Notes: a model not told the origin generated them from the letters alone. A stretch of DNA of 64,000 nucleotides from Isurus oxyrinchus (GCA_026770705.1 JANJGN010000014.1:93372001-93436000); one strand, 5' to 3'. Counted from the first letter of the stretch, positions 38,908 through 51,691 are shown. A program made the numbers and translations.

Positions 38908-38909
38908 AA

Positions 38910-40042
38910 GATCATGAACCGTTTTGATAGAGCGAATAAAGAGAAACTGTTTCCAATGGTAGGAGAGTCAGTTGCTAGAGGACACAGATGGAAGGTGATT
39001 GGCTAAAGTTCCATAAGTAATAAGTAATATGAGAAAACATTGTTTTGCAGGAGTTGTTGTGATGCAGGATATGCTATCTAAAATGTGGTGGAAGCAGAAT
39101 CAATAGTGTGTTTCAAAAGGAAATTGAATAAATACCTAAAGGGAAAAAAGTGCAGGACTATGAAAAGAGAGCAGGGACATGGAACTAATTGGATGGATGG
39201 AATTTAATTCAGCCTGTTGCAGCAGGAAACATGATGGCAGGGCCTACTTGCTCACAGGTGTGGCCACGTGTCAATCTGCCGCTGGTGGGAAATCCTCCTG
39301 CAATTAAGTTGGAGGCAGGAAGGTGCTCATGCAAGAAACTTGATCGCTCACCAATTGACACCAATTATCCCTGAGCCGACTGGAATTTAATGGTGGCTCG
39401 GGGATTAAATGGAAGTTGCATGGCTTTCCTGTCCCTCCTGAAGACCGCCCAGCAAACTCTGCTGAATTTTCCAGTGGCCTACACAGGGTTGGGGTGGTTC
39501 CCTTGTGATCAGGCACTCAATGCCCAATCGAGGGACCCAGCTGGTGAAAGGCACCCAGTGAAGGGAAGCTGCTGAAAGGCATCCATTGCCATTGTCTCCA
39601 ACCGCCTGCACCCCCTCTCCCACGACTCCCTCCCAATGACTCCAAGCTGCCCTCACTCATCCAAATCCAGGGATCCAGCAGCAATCCCTGGTAAGTCTCT
39701 GCAGCACTCCCAGCAGTAACCACTGCTTGTGGTGATGCTGCTGGCAACTGAGAGCTGCCAGCTTCTGATTGGCTAGCAATTCTTGGTGGGTGGGATTTCA
39801 ACCACTAGTGTCCTAAATCCCTGGGAAAGCCTATTACTGGTCAGTTAGGTGCCTGAGAGGCACTTAATTTGCTTGGGCCTCCCCCACAGAAATGACGCGT
39901 GTTTCCCACTGGTCCTCCAAATGGTGGGTGGGACCCACATTGGGAACAGTAAATTATGTCCAATAGTTCTACCTAGGAGCCAGCACAGGTACGATGAGCT
40001 TAATGGCCTTTGCCTGTGCTGCATCATTCTATAATTTTGTGA
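38910..40042 (+). mobile_element. CR1 3' fragment interrupted by a MITE
   Basis: EKLFPMVGESVARGH motif; resumes at 39962 with AATAGTTCT..GCCAGCACAGG..ATTCTATAATT. Confidence 0.72.
39195..39961. mobile_element. Harbinger-type MITE (family 3)
   Basis: Degenerate TIRs GGATGGAATTTA and TAAATTATGTCC; sits inside the CR1 fragment. Confidence 0.6.
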
Positions 40043-40059
40043 AATAATTAATTAACATG

Positions 40060-40613
40060 GGGCAGGATTTTTACCTTGTCGGGGGGGCGGGCACAGCAGA
40101 TGGGCCTGGGAAGAGATCATGAAGCCGATTGCCACCCACGATTGGGCCCCGACATTGATTTCACACTAGCTGGCCAATTAATGGCCAGACAGTGTGAAAA
40201 GCCTGCTGCCAGGGTGGTGGTGAGAGGAGGGCGAGCGTAGAAGTTTGCGCATGCGAGCGGGTACGCGCAATGAAAGCTCCCTGAGGCACAGGGCTGCCTC
40301 AGGGAGCTGAAGATTTTTAAAATCAAAAATAAAGAATTTACAAATGTTAAAAACGTGTCCCTTCACGTCACTCTGTCACATGAGCAGGGACATGTGGTAA
40401 ATGATTTTTAAAATTTTAATTTTATTCTTAATACGGTTGGACAGGCAGTGAAAAATTGCATTGAATTAATACTTTAACGGCCTTAATAGGCCTGTTAATT
40501 GTCGGTGGGCGCGCTGCCGATGCCTGCGCGTGCCTGCTGGCCAAAATACTGCACGTCATTTTAATCTCAAACGGGTTGGGCTTGGGCCTGCCGCTCAGTG
40601 AAAAATTCAGCCC
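40060..40613 (-). mobile_element. Harbinger family-2 MITE
   Basis: TIRs GGGCAGGATTTT and AAAATTCAGCCC; CATG on both flanks; reverse-colinear with 20262-20941. Confidence 0.85.
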
Positions 40614-40676
40614 CATGAAAACTAAGCATTTGCAAATGGGACAACCCTTCATCGAAGAAAGAACCTGAAAAACCAT

Positions 40677-42050
40677 GGACAGAATTTTCCGCCTGTCGGA
40701 TGAGCGGAGCGGGAGCAGGCGTGGGTTGGCGCAGATCCAACTGCCACCTGCGATCGGGTCCCATTTGACGCGGTCGGGCCAATTAAGGCCCGCCCAGTGT
40801 GAATCACAGCTCCCAAGGGCAACGGGAGTGGGTGGGCGGTGGTGGGACGGCAATAGCCGCCGGGCCCAATGGTGACCCAGTGGCCTGTTTTAAAAAGCCG
40901 CTGCAGCCTTTCCAAGGCTGCGAATCCATGGCCAGTGGAAGTGCACCCCCGAACCCTGCTGGTGAGCAGGCCAGGCAGGAGGGTAGTGGAGAGGGGGCAT
41001 TGTGCCCTTCATTTTTCGGATGATTGCCTTGCTGCCGTCCTCAAGGATCCCTCATTCCCAGGGATGGAGGAGGAGACCTCCCCACATGACCAAACGTGCC
41101 CGGGAGGAGGTGGCGGAGATCGTGAGCTCCTGCAACTTGGTGCAGCCCACCTGGGTCCAGTGTCGCAAGCGCTTCAACAACCTATTGCACTCAGGAAATG
41201 TGAGTATCATGTCGGCACTGGTCACTTAACCCAACAGGTAGCCTTTCCCCGCTGGCGCCCCCCCCCCACCCAACACACACACACCACCAACCCCCCACAC
41301 ACACACCCCACCACCCCCCCCCCCCCCCCTCCCCCCCCCCCCCCCACCCCCACCAAGTCTGAGTGGAGTAACTGCATTGAATCATTGACAGCATGTGTCC
41401 TTCGCTGGGTGGGCCAGCAGATTTTGGCCATGCCGCGGTCACCCTGAGAGGGTACTGAAGAGATGGGTTCTGCCCCCGCAGCATGTGGTACACTGAGACC
41501 CACATTACTGTTTCGGGGCAACCTGGAGGAGCTGCACCTAGGTGAAGTGCTGGAACTCCAGGACATGTCAAAGTCAGGGTGATGACATGCTGGGAGGGGA
41601 GCTTCAAGGTGGCATGGCACCGATCGATCTGCTGTCCTCTGTGCTCCACGTGCTTGTGCCTCCTTGGTATGGAAGGTTAGACCGTGTAGTGCCTCATGTG
41701 ATGTAGGCAACATTTGGCCAAGGGGATTGATGGGTGTGGGGACAGGCCTAGCATCTTTGTGTGAGTGTTCGGCAGCAGCGGGGTGAGGAGGCACTGGAGC
41801 CCTGCAATGTCCCACTCAGGTTGAGGTGAGCCGTCCACGAAGAGAGTCCAGGTACAAGTAGCACTAATCAATGTTCTTCTCTCCTTTTCAGGAGAAGAAT
41901 GCACATGATGTCGCTGAGTGGGTGAGGACTGGTGGAGGGCCGGCACAGTTGGTGATTCTCAGCCGCATTGAGCAGTAGGCCTTAGATTTGGAGAGGCGCT
42001 ATGCACCCAGGTCCACCGGTGTCATTGAGGCTGAAGTTAGTACGCTATTA
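40677..42050 (+). mobile_element. Truncated Harbinger family-2 element with Myb/SANT exons 1-2
   Basis: TIR GGACAGAATTTTCC; RRRPPHMTKRAREEVAEIVSS..TWVQCRKRFNNLL; AG|EKNAH..RTGGG; poly-C at 41258-41352. Confidence 0.8.
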
Positions 42051-42140
42051 ATAACCCACCTCATGCAACAAGGTCTAACTTTTTCAAGGGTATTTACAGT
42101 GAGACTAGCAATGTAGAAGTGAAGGTTTTTACCAAACTAT

Positions 42141-42300
42141 GGCCTGAATTTTTGTGGCGACTGAAGGGCTCCATGCATGGCCAAAATGGTGCTGGAGCCC
42201 CAAATAAGGAAGTCCCACCCCCAATCTGGCACGTACCATTTTCACTGGGAGTGGGTCAGGGGGGTGGGGGTGGGGGGGTGGGTAGAGAAATTTTAGTGCT
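42141..42300. mobile_element. Short MITE-like fragment
   Basis: Starts GGCCTGAATTTT; degenerate right end. Confidence 0.35.
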
Positions 42301-42679
42301 TGCTGTTTCACTCTTTGACAACATAAGGATTAGTGCTACTTGACTTTTTCTACAATCTGTCATCACTGTGGGGGGCCTATAACTTCACAGTTTGATTAAC
42401 AACTCTAACAATTCTGTGATTCTGTGAAGTGGTCATAAAGAGATTAGCTGTCTTTGTTGTGGGGCTATGAATACAAATGTATGTTTTTATAGGGGTCAAA
42501 GTACTTGAAGGATGTGTTTCATTTTATTATGGATTAAGTACTTGGAGGGAATTAAATGTGATTTATGAGATGTATTTTTTTAATATAGTGGCGTATGTAA
42601 TAGACACTTAGCACTTTATTTCATTTTATGTCACCATGGTTCCTGAGGTCTGCCCATAGTGAATACTTGGTGAGTTGAG

Positions 42680-43070
42680 GGTGTAAAGGCAAAGGGTGGA
42701 CGGCACGAGTTGGTATGAGTTGGCACTAAGTAAGCATAGGGGCTTAAAAAGACTATGGAGGCATTAGAGGTGGCATGGGTTGGCATGAGTTGGGACTAAG
42801 TCAGCATAGGGACAATAAAGGGCCATGGGGTTGAGTGGGGAGCATGGATTGGCATGGAGGGGCCACAGAGGGGTGGGTGGGTAGACGAGCATAGGTTGAC
42901 ATGGAGGGTATGAGGGACAATGGTGGTGGGTAGAGGGACATAAATTGCCATGAAAGGTATGAGGGGCTACAGGGGGTGGGGTGCATGAGGTGACATGAGT
43001 TGGCATGGGTGGGGCATGGGGAGTGTGTGGGGTAGTAAGGGGATGTGAAAGGTGTGGGCTAGTGGGTTGG
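42680..43070. repeat. G-rich GGCATG low-complexity tract
   Basis: Same repeat vocabulary as 1770-2130. Confidence 0.65.
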
Positions 43071-43359
43071 TTTTTTGTTTTTTTGTTTTTACTGTAACTG
43101 GGACAAGGTATCAGAGCACCGAGGTGGGGCTTTTCAAAATCTGAAGATTGGAGCACTTCCTCCCAAGTAGGTTTTGTGGACTTGGGAATTTTCCTGACTC
43201 TGTTCCAAAATTTAAATATGTTTGTTGCTAGTCTGAGTTCCTGTGGCACTTTTATCTGGCATTTTAGTTGTAATATGACAATGCATTAATAAATTATTTG
43301 TTCTTAATCCTTCTAGATGAGTGTAAATATCCCATGTCATCAGTGATAAGCAGAGAGTT

Positions 43360-43765
43360 AACCAACTACTCAATTTTAAATTTTTCACGATATTGCACAG
43401 CTCTGTCCATGGCCTTACCCCTCCTTTTGGGTCCAACCTCCTCTAGCCTGATGTCACTCTCAGAAGTCTGTGTTCCACCAGTTCTAGCCTCTTCACATCC
43501 ATCCTTCTTGTCGTTTACCCCACAGTTGGTGACTGTGCCTTCAGTTAGCTATATTCTAAATTCGGAATCCCCTCCCTGTCACCCTCTTCACCTCTCCCCT
43601 TATATTTATTCCTTATATCTTACCTCTTTGACCAAGCTTTGGATCACCTGTTCTAATGTCTCCTTCTTTAGCTCAGTTTAAGGGTTTAATCATATCACAC
43701 TCGAGTGCTTTGGGGTGTTTTACCAATTTGAAGGCATTACATGAATGCAAGGTGTTATATTAATG
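43360..43765 (+). mobile_element. L2-clade LINE 3' end
   Basis: TGTGCCTTCAG..TACCTCTTTGACCAAGCTTT..GCTTTGGGGTGTTTT..GAAGGCATTACATGAATGCAAG, an L2-type tail. Confidence 0.6.
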
Positions 43766-43868
43766 TGACGTTAAATATTAATATTGCAGTGGATATTAAT
43801 ACAAGATTGCTACTGCGTTCAGCTGGATACATACCAAGTGATAATAATAAGCATGTATGTGAAACATA

Positions 43869-44513
43869 GGACAGGGTTTTTGGTTCGGTGGGCGCCCATA
43901 ATCAACAGGCCTGGGAGCAACCGGGGAACGGACTGCCAACCGCGATTGTCCCCCGGCCGCAATTTCATGCTGGCTGGCCAATTAACGGACAGCCAGTGTG
44001 AAAGGTGTGCTGAAATGCTCGGCGCTGCTGGGGTGGGAGCGGAGGGAGGGTGAGCGCTGAAGTTAGCGTGGGTGCAGGGGAGTGCGAAGGGCTGCCTCAG
44101 AGAATCCAAAAGCAATAAGTAAATATTTTAAAATGCCGAAGAAAATGTCCACACTTCAGAATCAGTTACCTGCACTTTTGATATGTCCAAACATTTTTTT
44201 TTTTTTGTAAAATTAATATCAGAAACCTCATCCTGCCCTTGGATGAGGTTTCCTCAAAAAGGCAAAGGCCACCTGGCCGATTTACCCACCTGCCAACCAT
44301 AACATTGGATGGGCAATGAAAAATCTCCGTCAATTAAAACATTAAGTCTCTTAATGGTTGGAGGGCATGCTGCCGACCCGCACACATGCCCACCGACTGA
44401 AATATCTTGCGAGTGCACAATGACTTTGGGACGCTCGCCCAACATCAGCATACACTATTTCATGCTCGAGTGGATTGGGCGCACGCCCGCATGCCAAACG
44501 AAAAATTCTGCCC
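43869..44513 (-). mobile_element. Harbinger family-2 MITE
   Basis: GGACAGGGTTTT at the left, AAAATTCTGCCC at the right; internal GAAACCTCATCC hairpin. Confidence 0.8.
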
Positions 44514-44994
44514 ATGGTAGATATCGAATGCCTCTCATATAGACCACTAGAGGGTGCTTCTGCAGCACTGCATTGCATTTTACTGCATTGTGTGTTGCTG
44601 ACCTGTGGTTCAAAGGTCACTAGTCCTGTCATTTTAAACAAATTCATTAACAATTATTTTCTGTGAAGAGCACCATATCACAGATGTAACTTGTGCTCTT
44701 CCTACAAGTAATCCCAAGAATAGTCATATGCAGAGGACAAGATTGCTCATTATTAAGTCATGGTTGAAACTGTAGTGTAATAAGTAAATATTTCTTCAGG
44801 ATTGGAAGTACCTACAGACTGTGTTTTCCTCTTCGTTAGATAATTTATGTCGTTCTGACTCATCTGAAGGTATAATTAACCTTTCCTTTATGTGACTTGT
44901 TCTCTGAGGTAAGGAAGCGTGGCTTATTTTTAAGGGCTGAGTCCCCAGTATGGTGGGTTTAGTGGAAAGCATTGCAGCAAGCACATCTTGGAAA

Positions 44995-45608
44995 CATCAA
45001 CGTTTTCCCCCCGTTGGGGGGTGGGGGGGAATGTGGGAGCGGGTGCCGGCAGGCGGCCTTCCAATCGGCGCTCCCCCAAGTCGTGGGGGAGCGCAGCCAT
45101 TTTACGTGGGTGGGCCAAATAATTTTGCGTGCATGCGCGATAGAGCGCACAGATCCCCATGAGGCAATGTGCTGCCTCAGGAAGATCTGCTCCGGTTTAA
45201 AACTTTTAATAAACATGTTTAAAATTTTTCCCTGTCATATCCCCTCATGTGACACTGTCACGTGAGTTAGGACATGTCCATAAGTTTTATTTTAATACCC
45301 TTCTGAAACCTCATCCCGCCTGTGGATGAGGTTTCATGCTTTTTCCGAGGCCCGCTAGGGCTCCTGGCCTATCTGCCAACCTTAAGGTTGGACGGGCAGG
45401 TCCATCAATCAGATTAATTAGTTTTTTAATGGCCTTAACAGGCCGTTGACAGTTCGGCGGGTGCGCAGCCGAATCGCTACGTGCCTGCTGAACTGAAAAT
45501 ATAAATGACGCGGGGTGACGTCTCAGCACATGCCCGAAGTATCCCCGCATCATTTTATGTGTCAGCGAGCAGGCCCTGCCCCTGCTTGCTGACCAGAAAA
45601 GCCTGACC
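44995..45608 (-). mobile_element. Harbinger family-2 MITE
   Basis: Colinear with 40060-40613 and 43869-44513. Confidence 0.75.
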
Positions 45609-45611
45609 ATA

Positions 45612-46244
45612 GGCCTGAACCTTCTGGTTGGCGTGTGACGGTGGGCCTGTCCCAACAAGAAATGACACGCAGTGACGTTGGGCACGCATCACAAAGTCAT
45701 TGCGTGTCATTTGGGTCCTCAGTTTGGCGAGCGTGCAGCCGAATCGGCTGCTTGCCCAGTGAACTGTCAAAAGGCCTATTAAGGCCATTTAAAAACTAAC
45801 TGAGGTAATTAACAGGGCTGCCCATCCGACCTTAAGGTTTCATGAGGGCTTTATTAATTTAATAAATTGTTTCATGTGCATTGATGAACATGCCCCACCT
45901 CATGTGATAATGTCACATGAGGGGACATGTCTGAATAATTTAATTTTTTTACTTATTAATTTTTTATTACTTTCCTTAATTTCCCTGCGGCAGCTCCGTG
46001 CCTCAGGGAGATTTCTGTGTTCTATCACACACATGCGCCAAAGAGCGCAGGCCCTGATTCTGTCTCCTCTCTCCGCCCGCACAGGTAGTGCTGAGCGCTT
46101 CCGGATGTGCGTCACGCTGGGCAGGCCTTAATTGGCCCGCCCATGCAAAATGGCAGTGCCTAGCTGATCGCAGGCAGCGATTGGCTGCATGCCAGCCTGC
46201 TCCCGCTCCCGCCCAGCCCGCCCGACAGGGAAAAAATTCTCCCC
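45612..46244 (+). mobile_element. Harbinger family-2 MITE
   Basis: Colinear with 20262-20941; right TIR AAAATTCTCCCC. Confidence 0.78.
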
Positions 46245-47670
46245 AGAGATGAGTCTGTGATTTTCAGTCATTCATTTTAATGGACTGCAAATCAGTAACT
46301 GCTTACCAATAGTTTCCCAAGGTGCACTTACTAGGAGTGTCAGATCACAGGATCACCCCTGCAGTACTTACAAAGCTTTGTGAATATGCAAAGTAACAAA
46401 TTGTACTAAGTTGAATTACATAAAGCTGAAGTTTTCATCAATTATATGTAACCATATACAAGTCACATATCAATGATTTCAACTACATTTTAAAAATCTG
46501 ACTCTCGACTAACTGATATGGACAGGATGTGAAACTGTGGAATGCGGCGAAAGCCCTGAGTAACATTTATGTTATGGACCAAACGAACAAACGAACGTCC
46601 GTGATAATATTAGATGTTCCCCTTGGCTCCACAATAAAACTAGGAGCCACTGGCAGCCACTGCTCCCTATTCCTAGTCTCTCCTAAGGCCCTTGGCTTGT
46701 GTTTGTAAATCTAGTCTCATATTGTGTGGTTCATCCCCATTGAAATGGCCTATCAAGCCACTCACTTGTATAAAATTGCTGATGCAGTTCTCTGTTTTGA
46801 TTGTGTTGCCAGTATTGGTGGAGGTTCTGATATTTACTTTGGCACTGGAGATCTTGTCAGTGAATAATTGGACCTGATGGATGCTTTCTGAATTTTTGTT
46901 ATTGAATTGTTCTGAGTTGGTTTCTCAGCCATGGTTTATTTACGCTTGCAAGCTTTTATATTCCAGAGTTTTAACTTCTATGATTTTTCTGTTCTTTAAT
47001 TAGATTTTAAACGTTGAACTAAATGTTGCAAAACACAAATGATCCAGGGGAATAACATTTGCATAAAATCCACAGGGTTTACATTCATTTTATCATTGAT
47101 AGATTTTAAAAAGTATTGCCTAGGTTTAAAACCATTAAAGAAATGAAAGCTGACATTTAGACGTTTTATCCATACTTTTGGTGATTTATAATTAATATCC
47201 AACCTGCAGTTCACTCTTGATTCAGAGCTACTTGACAATTTAATAGTCTTCCTGAAGTATAAACTGGCATTTAGCAACTAATGCAAAATATCATCCAGAA
47301 GATTAGGGATTGCTGACAGATGTACAGGTCACATTACTCCTCCATGACTTCCAGGTAATTGTTGTAGGCTAAGTACATCCTTTTCTGGGAGTAAGACTTC
47401 TCGAGTGTTTATTCTCCTTTGATCTCAGAAAAATAGATGTACAGTGTTTTTGTTATTCTTTCATGTGGGTGTCTCTGGCTAGGCCAGTATTTATCGTCCA
47501 TCTCCAGCTGACCTTGATAGAAAGTGGTGATGAGCCACCTTCTTGAACCGCAGCAGTGCTTGTAGTGTACATACACCTAGAGTGCTGTTAGGTAGGGAGT
47601 TCCAGGATTTTGACCCAGCGACGATGAAGAAAATTCGATACATCTTCTAGTCAGAATGGTGTGTGATTTA

Positions 47671-47795
47671 GGCTAGGATTTTCCGGCCTCGCTTGTGGTG
47701 GAACTTATCCCTTGGGATGCAGCAGCTTGGCCAAAAGTCCACTGCCTTTCGGTGGGACTGGACGATCTGGACAGCAGGCGGGGCCAGAAAGTCCC
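47671..47795. mobile_element. 125-bp MITE
   Basis: GGCTAGGATTTTCC at the left, GAAAGTCCC at the right; TTA TSD on both sides. Confidence 0.7.
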
Positions 47796-48804
47796 TTAGA
47801 GGGGACCTTGCAAGTGGTGGTGTTCCTTTATGACTGCTGCCCTTGGGTGGAATTGACCCAGATTTGCACTAAGTGCGGTAGCGGGCAAGAAGAACAATGT
47901 TTTACCCATCAGCCACAATGGCGGCTTTTCACACAGCATCATCCCAAATGCACCACATTAATTGTACATTCCCAGGATACACTCCATTTCAAAGGCAGAC
48001 AGGCTCCGATTTGCCTGCCACACCGTCACTTTGCTGCTTCATCATGCCAGGCACCACATTTAAAGTCTAGCCGCGCTCAGTGCTTCCAGCCCAGGACTGC
48101 AGCAAAGAAGACATGTCTCCGAAAGACAAGAAGACTGCAGGCCTTGAGCACCTTTTCAACACTGTGGAGGCCCGCTGTGATGTCCTCCAGCCTGCTCTGG
48201 CTGCAGGAGGGGTAGCAATATTACTGCTCTGACTTGGTAGGTGGTGGCAGTGGTGATCAGTGCCAATGCAGCACAGAAGAAGTTGGCCATCCAATGCAGA
48301 TAGAGAATGAATGATCTCATCCATACAGCCAGGGTATGGCAACCATCTCATCACTGTAAACTCACACACTCAAGCCTGTCACACATTCATTGGCATCTCA
48401 TCACTGCCAGCTCAAGGCACATCACCAACCATTCTCACACACATACCCTCACATGTCCATCAGCTCTCATCTCCTCTGGAGACTGCCTCCTCAGCCCCCA
48501 TCATCTTGAGGCCACTTGTACAGATCAAAATGTGCCTCCACACACCCTGGGATACCCTCCTTCCCCAGTGCAACCCTCATCATGCAGCATTTTCCCTTGC
48601 CTTAGACAACAACTCCCCCTTCCCCAAGCAAGCCCTAGCCCTGCAGCCATTGAAAAGCCACCCACATGCCTGTGGGCCTCCCTAAAAGTGATATGGTTCT
48701 GTCTGTGAAGCCTGGCGCTGATGACTGCAAGTGCTGACCGAAGCAAGGTAGGCAAATAAACCTTGAAGTCCCGAGTGAAGTGCAGCCTGCCAAGTGCACA
48801 TCTT

Positions 48805-49958
48805 GGGCAGAATTTTCCTGTTGGCCCCACACGCTGATGTGTAAAATGATGCGCAGTGACATCAGGCAAGCGTCCAAATCTCATGGCATGCCATCACGAT
48901 ATTTCGGTGGGCGGGCGCACGATGATCTCTGATGTGCGCCCGCCATTAATTAACGGGCAAATTAAGGCCTTTGAGGCACCAACTGACAGCGATTTTTCGA
49001 GGCCTGTGCGATCTTCAGGTCATCGCACGGGCATTACAGGCAGGTGGGTAGGACACAAGAGGAAGTCCAAGGTGGAAGGGGTCGCAGAAGATGCCACTAT
49101 CCTGCTGCCAGGGTATACAGGTAGCAGAGTAGCTACCTCAATACGTCTGATGTGCAGTGCCTAAGGAGGCTCCGACTTTCAAGGGAGACTGTCAATTCTA
49201 CCTGTCAGATGATAGGCCCTGAGATCTCCGCTAACTGTGTACGTGGACACCCCATGCCAGTGGCTCTAAAGGTCACAACTGCCCTTAACTTCTCTGCTAG
49301 GCTCTTTCCAGGGATCGGTGGGTGATCTTTGCAGTTTCTCCCAATCAGCTGTCCACACTTGTGTCAAGCAAGTTACAGACGCTCTGTTCAGCCATGCATT
49401 GACGTTCATCCACTACCATTGAGGCCAGGCAAGCTAGGCACAGCGAGCCAGACGCTTTGCAGCCACTTTTGTCTTCCCCCACGTCCAGCAGGTGAGCCCG
49501 ATGCCTTCATCAACAGGAAGGGCTTCCACTCCATGAACGTGCAGATAGTGTGTGATCACAGGATGCTGATTCTACAAGTCTGTGCAAGGTACCCAGGCAG
49601 CTCCCATGACGCCTACGTCCTCAGACACTCCCAGGTGCCGGGGCTCTTCAATGCTCCAGCCTGATTGGATAGATGGCTGCTGGGTGACAAGGGCCTTCCC
49701 CTCAGAAGGTGGCTCATGATGCCTCTCTGTCTTCCAAGAACAGAAGCTGAGCAGTGGTACAATAGGAGCCATGCCTCCAGAAGGGCTGCAGTGGAGAGAG
49801 CCATCGGTCTTCTCAAGATGCGCTTCCGATGCCTGGACTGCTCAGGGGGCGCACTCCAGTAAAATGGCAGCGTGGAGCTGATCACAGGTGGCGATCGTGT
49901 CCATGCCAGCCCACACCCCCTCCCGCTCGGGCCGCACGACAGGCAGAAAATTCTGCCC
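48805..49958 (+). mobile_element. Harbinger family-2 element carrying the transposase core, nested in family 1
   Basis: Perfect 13-bp TIRs GGGCAGAATTTTC and GAAAATTCTGCCC; TSD CTT. Confidence 0.9.
49085..49862 (+). pseudogene. HARBI1-type transposase pseudogene
   Basis: HPMPVALKVTTALNF; FINRKGFHSMNVQIVCD..ARYPGSSHDAYVL; [33 protein letters not shown]. Confidence 0.92.
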
Positions 49959-50290
49959 CTTATATATGCTGTTGTGAAACACATTGGCGTGTTTTCGGGT
50001 GACCCAGTAGGGGGGAGGGGCAGTGGGGGAGATTCCAGTGGGCTAGCCTAATACTGATATGCAGATATATTACATTGAGGTTTCCGACGTCCAATGGCGG
50101 GAAACAGGGCCTTCCATCAGTGGGCTGAGCGGACGATCGCAAACTAGTTTCATGCTGTCGTGAAACCAATCACATCATATTGCTCGCTCATGCCACCGCA
50201 AATGCCCGACGCCAGCAGGCACGGGAAATCCTGGCCCTTCTAGGTGGTAGAGGTCACGAGTTTGGGAAGTGCTGCTGAAGAAGTCTTGGC

Positions 50291-50560
50291 TGTTTAAGGG
50301 TTTATTCAGTGGATCTCATTAAGAGGTTCAGAGGCTTGTACGGTTGAACAGTAGTGTTTATTAGTAACACATAACTGTATACATATGTACAAAGTATAGC
50401 CCAGACTAGGAGCTAACTTCACACTGACTTCTGCTCAAGTTTCTCCATACAACTCTGTCACCTGTCTACTGTCATATGTCTCTCTACATCATATTATGGG
50501 TGGTACTGTTCTCCACCCCCACATTAACCCCTTTGCTATGCCAAACACCTTTATACTACA
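50291..50560 (-). mobile_element. Solo LTR (270 bp)
   Basis: TG...CA termini; flanks TTGGC and TTGGT (5-bp TSD with one transition); AATAAA on the minus strand; interrupts the LINE. Confidence 0.75.
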
Positions 50561-50667
50561 TTGGTGGGTTGCTGCAGTGCATGTAATAGATGGTAAAAAC
50601 TGCAACCACTATATACCAGTGGTGAATGGGGTGCCAATCAATTTACCCAATGATGATGTTAAAGCAT

Positions 50668-50982
50668 GGACCAGAATATTGCCATTGGCATGCAGGGGGC
50701 AGGCCCGACACTCCGACATGTAAAATGATGTGAGATGATGTCAGGTGAGCAACTCTATGTCATCACACGTCATCTCGATTGCTGCTCTCTTTCGCACGCA
50801 TGTGTGAAAGACCACAGGCCCCAGCTCTCCCTCCTCCTTCCGCCTGCACAGGTAGTGCTAAGTGTTATGGAATACGTATTACGCTGGGCGGGTCTTAATT
50901 GGCCCTCCCACGTAAAATGGCGGCGTGCAGCCGATTCCGCTCACTCTCACCCAGCCCTCCCGACATAGGTAAGATTCAGCCC
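50668..50982 (+). mobile_element. Internally deleted Harbinger family-2 MITE
   Basis: Both subterminal segments match 20262-20941 and 45612-46244; right end AAGATTCAGCCC. Confidence 0.68.
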
Positions 50983-51691
50983 ATTGTTCCATTCAGATTT
51001 AAAGATGCTTTTACACATAGCACTTCTGAAGTTAAGGTCATGGTTCCTAATTACTGGATTCTCATGTTTCAATTGCTGAAACTGGCTTCTTCACCCTGAT
51101 GGATAATTGTAGGTTCAAAATTTGTTGATGACCCACTGCACAAATGCCATTCCCCCAGCAGCCTGAAGCGAAGAATGCTTAATGTTGAAGAATTGTTTTA
51201 TAATAAAGAAGTTGTTATATTATACATAGCTTAAATGGATTCACACCTAACAACTGGCACACCACAACTAATTAAAACTGATAAAGTGATTGATGCCAAG
51301 GATGCCTTGTTCTGTTTCAGTTTTCCTTCTATGATCAGTACCAAAAATCACAAAATATTTGTGGATGGCAAATTAATAAAATTGGAGTAGAATTTGCAGA
51401 TCTTCTGACAACCAGAAATTCCTGATAACAATAAACCTGTAAATTGGCAATAGACCCTTGGTCCACTGACATAGCATGTTGCAAACAATGGTTGTAGCTG
51501 TGACAAATTATTGTCTAGTTTACATAACTAATCCTGCCCCAGTATATTATGGGTTATGGAATTTGCTAGATTTCTCCACAATAATTATTCAGTTTGTCTG
51601 CAAATCAAGACTGAAATTGTCCTTTGGGATCCCACCCAAAATTAGCTAGCTTAACCAAATATTTTGCAGGTGGTTCTGAGGCCTACTCCTA

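Larger units (their letters stand above)
47845..50237 (+). mobile_element. Harbinger family-1 deletion derivative (Myb exon 1 remnant at 48113-48333)
   Basis: Termini GGGTGGAATTGACCCAG and GAAATCCTGGCCC; colinear with the reverse of 4963-6228. Confidence 0.82.
47448..50650 (-). mobile_element. CR1/L2-superfamily LINE 3' end broken into four pieces by nested insertions
   Basis: Pieces 47448-47670, 47796-47844, 50238-50290 and 50561-50650 read contiguously as the reverse complement of about 57280-57707. Confidence 0.82.

Noticed and set aside
40869-41815. 192-aa and 197-aa ORFs with poly-Pro or poly-Gly
   Set aside because: They are translations of the poly-C tract in a Harbinger intron.
49085-49862. 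Domesticated HARBI1 host gene
   Set aside because: It has stops, frameshifts and a deletion of the GAIDCTH catalytic region, and is bounded by TIRs and a TSD.
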